From contig JBBRNV010000004.1 of NCBI GenBank assembly GCA_038230075.1, positions 6,047 through 70,046 of the forward strand: DNA of 64,000 nt, in the 5' to 3' direction. Made by a program: the position numbers and the translations under genes. This document shows, piece by piece, positions 58,424-64,000 of the stretch; position 1 is the stretch's first letter, and every line of letters begins with the position of its first letter. Under the pieces are notes generated by a model. The model was not told the origin of the DNA and searched no databases. It was given only the letters and a program-made list of their open reading frames with translations. This DNA comes from Minisyncoccia bacterium. Lineage in GTDB: Bacteria > Patescibacteriota > Minisyncoccia > Phycocordibacterales > CALRBL01.

Positions 58424-58493
58424 ATAGTGATATTAACAATAAAAATAGAGATATTCTGGTATAATAGAACACACTTAGTATATAATTTTACAC

Positions 58494-58811
58494 ATGCAGG
58501 AACAAACACCGAATCCACCTATCGATCACGCTCAACAAACTGTCGTTGAAGTAGACATCAACAGAGAAACAAGCGAAGAGTTTTTGGATGAACTTCAAGC
58601 AATTAAAAAAGAGTTGAAAATTTCAAATTCATTCTCTCGAAAATTTTCACTAGCTCTTATCTATGGTCTTGGAACCGTTATTGGTGCTACGGTAGTTGTT
58701 GCACTTCTCGTATATATTCTTTCTCTGTTCACCAACATTGTTTTCATTGGAAAAATAAATAATTGGATTATTCACAGACTTGAACACTCAACGAGCTCTG
58801 AGTCATTCTAA
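58494..58811 (+). CDS. hypothetical small membrane protein (1-2 TM)
   Basis: 105-aa ORF, hydrophobic stretch LIYGLGTVIGATVVVALLVYILSLF. Confidence 0.45.
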   Translation: MQEQTPNPPIDHAQQTVVEVDINRETSEEFLDELQAIKKELKISNSFSRKFSLALIYGLGTVIGATVVVALLVYILSLFTNIVFIGKINNWIIHRLEHSTSSESF

Positions 58812-58820
58812 ATGTTAGCT

Positions 58821-59261
58821 CTATTCAAGATACACTCTTTTTCTCAACAACTGCAATTCAATGTAGTCGGTATCACCCATCATTCCATCATTTTGTAGTT
58901 GTTGACTTGCATCAAAAAGATAATTTATATCTGTAGGAACCTCACTTACAGAATGTAGAGTTGTATCTTGAAGATTTTCAACGTAACTTTCTATTTTTTG
59001 AAGAGCATATCGAATACCTGCTTGAACAAATGTTTCGATCTTTTTCATATCTTCAAAAGACAAACTTTCACTTTGTTTCTGATAAACACCCTCAAGCATC
59101 ATAATATCTATGAATGCTGGATAAAGAGAAACTTCTTCATTTGAAAGCACGGCGCGTTCAATTCTTTTAAATAATTTAGAAGTAACGACTGGCACATCAG
59201 GAGTTAATTCTAATGCTCCGTGCTTGAGATGTACTAGTTCTATTTTTTCACCTTCGTTCAT
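58821..59261 (-). CDS. hypothetical cytoplasmic protein (146 aa)
   Basis: ORF only. Confidence 0.45.
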   Translation of the reverse strand: MNEGEKIELVHLKHGALELTPDVPVVTSKLFKRIERAVLSNEEVSLYPAFIDIMMLEGVYQKQSESLSFEDMKKIETFVQAGIRYALQKIESYVENLQDTTLHSVSEVPTDINYLFDASQQLQNDGMMGDTDYIELQLLRKRVYLE

Positions 59262-59263
59262 AA

Positions 59264-59725
59264 TTAAACTTGTTGTATGCTGATTATTTTTAGATCAACC
59301 AATGCAAAGAAAGCCTTTCGATATAACTCACCACGTGCGACAGCGTCGTGAAAATGCATTCTATCTGCAATTGATTCAAAATTTACAGGTTTATCTGCGT
59401 GTTGATCATCTGCGGTTATTAAATAATATTCATTCTGAATGTATTCAATTAATGCTAATTGAATATCGCTATACTCCGAAACATCTTTACGAGTATCTTG
59501 ATCATGATCATGATTTTCGGGTAATGAATAAAATTCTTTAAGGAAATCTTGACCATCCATCGAATCAAAAAATCCAACAAATAATCTTACCGCCTCATCT
59601 TTTGCAAAAGGATCTCCTTCAGCTAAAAAAAGAACCTTCATCTTTTCAAGAAGATCGTATCTCTCACCATTTTCACCTTCATGTTTGCCACCTATTTTTA
59701 GTACCATATTTTCATTTCTAGACAT
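59264..59725 (-). CDS. hypothetical acidic, His/Asp-rich protein (153 aa)
   Basis: ORF only; 3-nt gap to downstream ORF suggests co-transcription. Confidence 0.45.
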   Translation of the reverse strand: MSRNENMVLKIGGKHEGENGERYDLLEKMKVLFLAEGDPFAKDEAVRLFVGFFDSMDGQDFLKEFYSLPENHDHDQDTRKDVSEYSDIQLALIEYIQNEYYLITADDQHADKPVNFESIADRMHFHDAVARGELYRKAFFALVDLKIISIQQV

Positions 59726-59736
59726 GTAAAACTATT

Positions 59737-60660
59737 TTACCACGAACCACTGGCTCCGCCACCACCCGATGAGCCCCCACTAAAGCCCCCAAATCCGCCA
59801 CCGCCAGAACTGCCACCACCTCCACCAATAAACCATGGAATACTCTTTCCTCCTTTCGATGCTTTGTATCCCTTCGAAACAATATAGTCGAAGATCAATC
59901 CAAAAATACTCAAAATAACGATTGAAATTGTTCCAACAAAAAAGAATCCAAAAAAGAATCCAATAATAACTCCAATTGCTCCACCAAACACTCCTCCAAG
60001 CCACCACGACTTTGATTTAGCCAAAATTGAAGTGAGCCACTGAAGTGCGATGATACCGGCAAAAAACAAAAAACCTGCGTGGTTGTATAACCATCCATAA
60101 TTTTCAGACTGAGACGATGTGGCTGACGCAGTAAATTCTTCTCCTTGCACCGCAGCTTCAATTGCATAAACACCCTGCGTCACTCCCTCATCATAATTTC
60201 CATTTTTAAATTCTGGAGTAATGATCTCATCAATAATTCTTCCTGATTGAATGTCGGTAAGAGCACCTTCTAAACCATATCCCACTTCGATACGAAGCTT
60301 TCTTTCGTTAGGAGCAATTAAAAGAAGTACTCCGTTGTTAGAAGCTTTAGTTCCAACTCCCCACTCTCGAAATAATGCATTTCCATATGAAGCAACATCA
60401 TCACCATCAAGACTATTAACTGTTGCGATAACAATTTCAGTACTTGAACTTTCTTTGAAGTTAGTAAGTTCTTCTTCAAGAGAGTTTTTGACATCCTGTG
60501 AAAGAATGCCAGCAAAGTCGTTTACATATCCAGTTGGTGATCCTGGAGATGTGTATGCATATACAAGTTGAACATTTTTATGTACCAAACTTACAAGTGC
60601 TGCCAAGATAAATAGAAAAAGCAGTGTCCAAGATGTGAACCGTATAAGGGTTCTCTTCAT
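59737..60660 (-). CDS. TPM-domain protein (YgcG-like) with C-terminal TM helices and Gly-rich tail
   Basis: YVNDFAGILS...TEIVIATVNSLDG...NGVLLLIAPNERKLRIEVGYGLEG. Confidence 0.75.
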   Translation of the reverse strand: MKRTLIRFTSWTLLFLFILAALVSLVHKNVQLVYAYTSPGSPTGYVNDFAGILSQDVKNSLEEELTNFKESSSTEIVIATVNSLDGDDVASYGNALFREWGVGTKASNNGVLLLIAPNERKLRIEVGYGLEGALTDIQSGRIIDEIITPEFKNGNYDEGVTQGVYAIEAAVQGEEFTASATSSQSENYGWLYNHAGFLFFAGIIALQWLTSILAKSKSWWLGGVFGGAIGVIIGFFFGFFFVGTISIVILSIFGLIFDYIVSKGYKASKGGKSIPWFIGGGGGSSGGGGFGGFSGGSSGGGGASGSW

Positions 60661-60668
60661 ACAGAGAG

Positions 60669-61286
60669 TTAGTTAGTAGCAGCTCCTTCAGGCGCTGGTG
60701 AAGTATTGAAGTCAACTTTTGGTGCAACTTGAGCAGCGGCATCTGCCTCAAAGTATGCCTTCGGTGCGAATCCAAAAAGTTTTGCAAACAATACACCTGG
60801 AAATCGCTGTGCAGCAGTATTGTATGAAACTACGGTGTCGTTAAAGTTTTTTCGTTCAACTGAAATTCGATTTTCTGTTCCTTCAAGTGATACTTGAAGA
60901 TCTCGAAAGTTTTGAGTTGCTGTTAGTTGAGGATAGTTTTCTGCAACAGCAATCAATCGTCCAAGAGAACTTGAAAGGTTTGATTGTGCGGCCTGAAATT
61001 GTGACAATTTTTCTGGAGTTAAATCTTTTGCATCAATATTAATACTTGTCGCTTGTGCTCGAGCGTTAACTACATCTGTTAATGTCTTTTGTTCGAAATT
61101 TGCTGCACCCTTCACAGTGTTCACAAGATTAGGCACGAGATCTGCTCGTCGTTGATAGACAGTTTGAACATTTCCCCACGCATTATCAACAGCTTGGCTT
61201 TTTCCAACCAAACCGTTATATGAACCAACTGCGAATAAACCGATAATAACGATAACACCGATAACTATCCATAATGTTTTGCTCAT
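60669..61286 (-). CDS. lemA: LemA-family protein
   Basis: N-terminal TM, NAWGNVQTVYQRRADLVPNLV LemA core. Confidence 0.85.
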   Translation of the reverse strand: MSKTLWIVIGVIVIIGLFAVGSYNGLVGKSQAVDNAWGNVQTVYQRRADLVPNLVNTVKGAANFEQKTLTDVVNARAQATSINIDAKDLTPEKLSQFQAAQSNLSSSLGRLIAVAENYPQLTATQNFRDLQVSLEGTENRISVERKNFNDTVVSYNTAAQRFPGVLFAKLFGFAPKAYFEADAAAQVAPKVDFNTSPAPEGAATN

Positions 61287-61352
61287 AAGGAGGATTATAC
61301 AACAAACAAGAAATTCATACAGTCTTTATGTATTCCTTGTTTAGAGTGTAAA

Positions 61353-63026
<1,674 letters not shown>

Positions 63027-63040
63027 TTACTGCTAAATAA

Positions 63041-63400
63041 TTACCGAAGAATTCCTAAAATCTGTGACTCAGAAATAACGACATACTTCTTATGATTCAT
63101 TTCGATTTCATCATATCCATATTTTGAAAACAGAACTCGATCTCCAACTTCTACATTCATAGAAAGAATACTTCCATTCTCTAATACTTTTCCAGCACCA
63201 ACCGCAATCACATTTCCTTGGGCAGATTTTTCTTTAGATACTGACTCGGGAAGAATCATGCCGAATGATGTTTGTTGTTCTGCTTTCTGTTCAGTGATTT
63301 CAATTAAAACTTTGTCTCCAAGTGGAGTCAGAAAATGACCTTTGTTTTGTGAAGATGTAGTGCCTGTAATATTGTTTTTTGGAGCTTTTTTCTTATTCAT
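63041..63400 (-). CDS. groES: co-chaperonin GroES with ~23-aa N-terminal extension
   Basis: LTPLGDKVLIE...GDRVLFSKYGYDEIE Cpn10 pattern. Confidence 0.9.
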   Translation of the reverse strand: MNKKKAPKNNITGTTSSQNKGHFLTPLGDKVLIEITEQKAEQQTSFGMILPESVSKEKSAQGNVIAVGAGKVLENGSILSMNVEVGDRVLFSKYGYDEIEMNHKKYVVISESQILGILR

Positions 63401-63429
63401 AATAGTAAAAGTTATTAATAGGTGTTGGT

Positions 63430-63457
63430 ATTATACTCATCAAACCAGCCGATTCAA
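63430..63457 (-). promoter_or_regulatory. groES-groEL promoter TTGAAT-N16-TATAAT; -35 embedded in palindrome AGCCGA-gttgaa-TCGGCT
   Basis: read on minus strand; no CIRCE element present. Confidence 0.5.
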
Positions 63458-63583
63458 CTCGGCTTCGAAACATTCTTTAGTCTTTATTTATATAATCTAG
63501 AGCTTTTCTTTATCTTTTCTTTATACAACGGATAGGGCTTCTGTGGATTGACTTTTAGATGAAATACGATAATATGTTCTTCG

Positions 63584-63811
63584 ATGAAACTTTCTGGCCT
63601 ATTGCCATATATAGAAATTGCTTTCGCAATACTTGCCATTGTTGGCATTCTCCTTCAACGAAATGAAGCTAACTTAGGAGCTGCTTTTGGCGGTGGTGAT
63701 ATGGGTGGAACATACAATACAAGACGAGGTTTTGACAAAGGTGTCTTTATTTTCACTACAATTGTCTCTATCTTGTTTGTGGCAACAACTATTGCTACTC
63801 TCATCTATTAA
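63584..63811 (+). CDS. secG: preprotein translocase subunit SecG
   Basis: two TM helices flanking LGAAFGGGDMGGTYNTRRG Gly-rich loop. Confidence 0.7.
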   Translation: MKLSGLLPYIEIAFAILAIVGILLQRNEANLGAAFGGGDMGGTYNTRRGFDKGVFIFTTIVSILFVATTIATLIY

Positions 63812-64000
63812 TCTAACGATTATCTAGTCTCACGCTCTCTATATAGTGTAGAAAGCACAGACTCACATTAACGTGGCTGAACGTATCTTTCAAAAACGAC
63901 ATCACCTTCCTTTTATCAATAAGATTGAAAAGGATTTTGAAGCGCTTAATCTGACAGAGCGAGTCATTTTCATTGTGGCAGGAATAGTTTTATGTTTTTC

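Noticed and set aside
63401-63583. CIRCE/HrcA operator upstream of groES
   Set aside because: No TTAGCACTC-N9-GAGTGCTAA match on either strand.

Overview
This window is an AT-rich (~37-40% GC) bacterial chromosome segment packed with housekeeping genes. I infer, but did not verify, that it comes from a Candidate Phyla Radiation / Patescibacteria-type organism. The basis is: no Shine-Dalgarno sequences, many -10 boxes only 6-8 nt upstream of the ATG (leaderless mRNAs), a type IV pilin-like gene, and unusual fusions and splits of core genes. ORFs are intact under the standard code (UGA = stop).

Genes I am confident of:
- Information processing: valS (5' partial), dnaE, dnaG-rpoD, rpoB-rpoC, thrS, rnc, rnhB, rnr, lepA, trmD, rpsP, rpmF, rplY, a KH-domain protein.
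- Chaperones and stress: groES-groEL, an Hsp20, msrB.
- Envelope and redox: secG, murJ, a PrsW-like protease, a DsbA-like oxidoreductase, a CcdA-thioredoxin fusion, a glutaredoxin-like protein.
- Metabolism: a split transketolase (N and C halves as separate genes), a PfkB-family kinase.
- Unusual architectures: a short SMC-like ATPase, a NusB-Nudix fusion, and a UvrD helicase with a C-terminal nuclease.

RNA genes absent from the ORF track: tRNA-Phe(GAA), tRNA-Arg(CCU), and a type-A RNase P RNA (rnpB) on the minus strand at about 56518-56900.

The most interesting unexplained signals are:
1. Two loci share an identical TTGACA/TCGACA-N16/17-TGATATGGT promoter. One drives a ~140-nt terminator-bounded candidate small RNA. 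The other drives a 210-aa protein of unknown function (an ORFan), ending at a strong bidirectional terminator.
2. A ~1 kb island at ~48-50% GC sits exactly where rimM should be, between the S16/KH genes and trmD. It is bracketed by terminators and holds only dubious ORFs.
3. A second GC-rich ORFan island lies just downstream of rnr.
4. The transketolase halves are separated by a 748-aa Pro/Glu-rich coiled-coil protein and a 93-aa protein, all in one apparent operon.
5. A TGTAAAG / CTTTACA palindrome family links an XRE regulator to the neighbouring CcdA-thioredoxin gene.

There is no CRISPR array, no transposase, and no obvious prophage.
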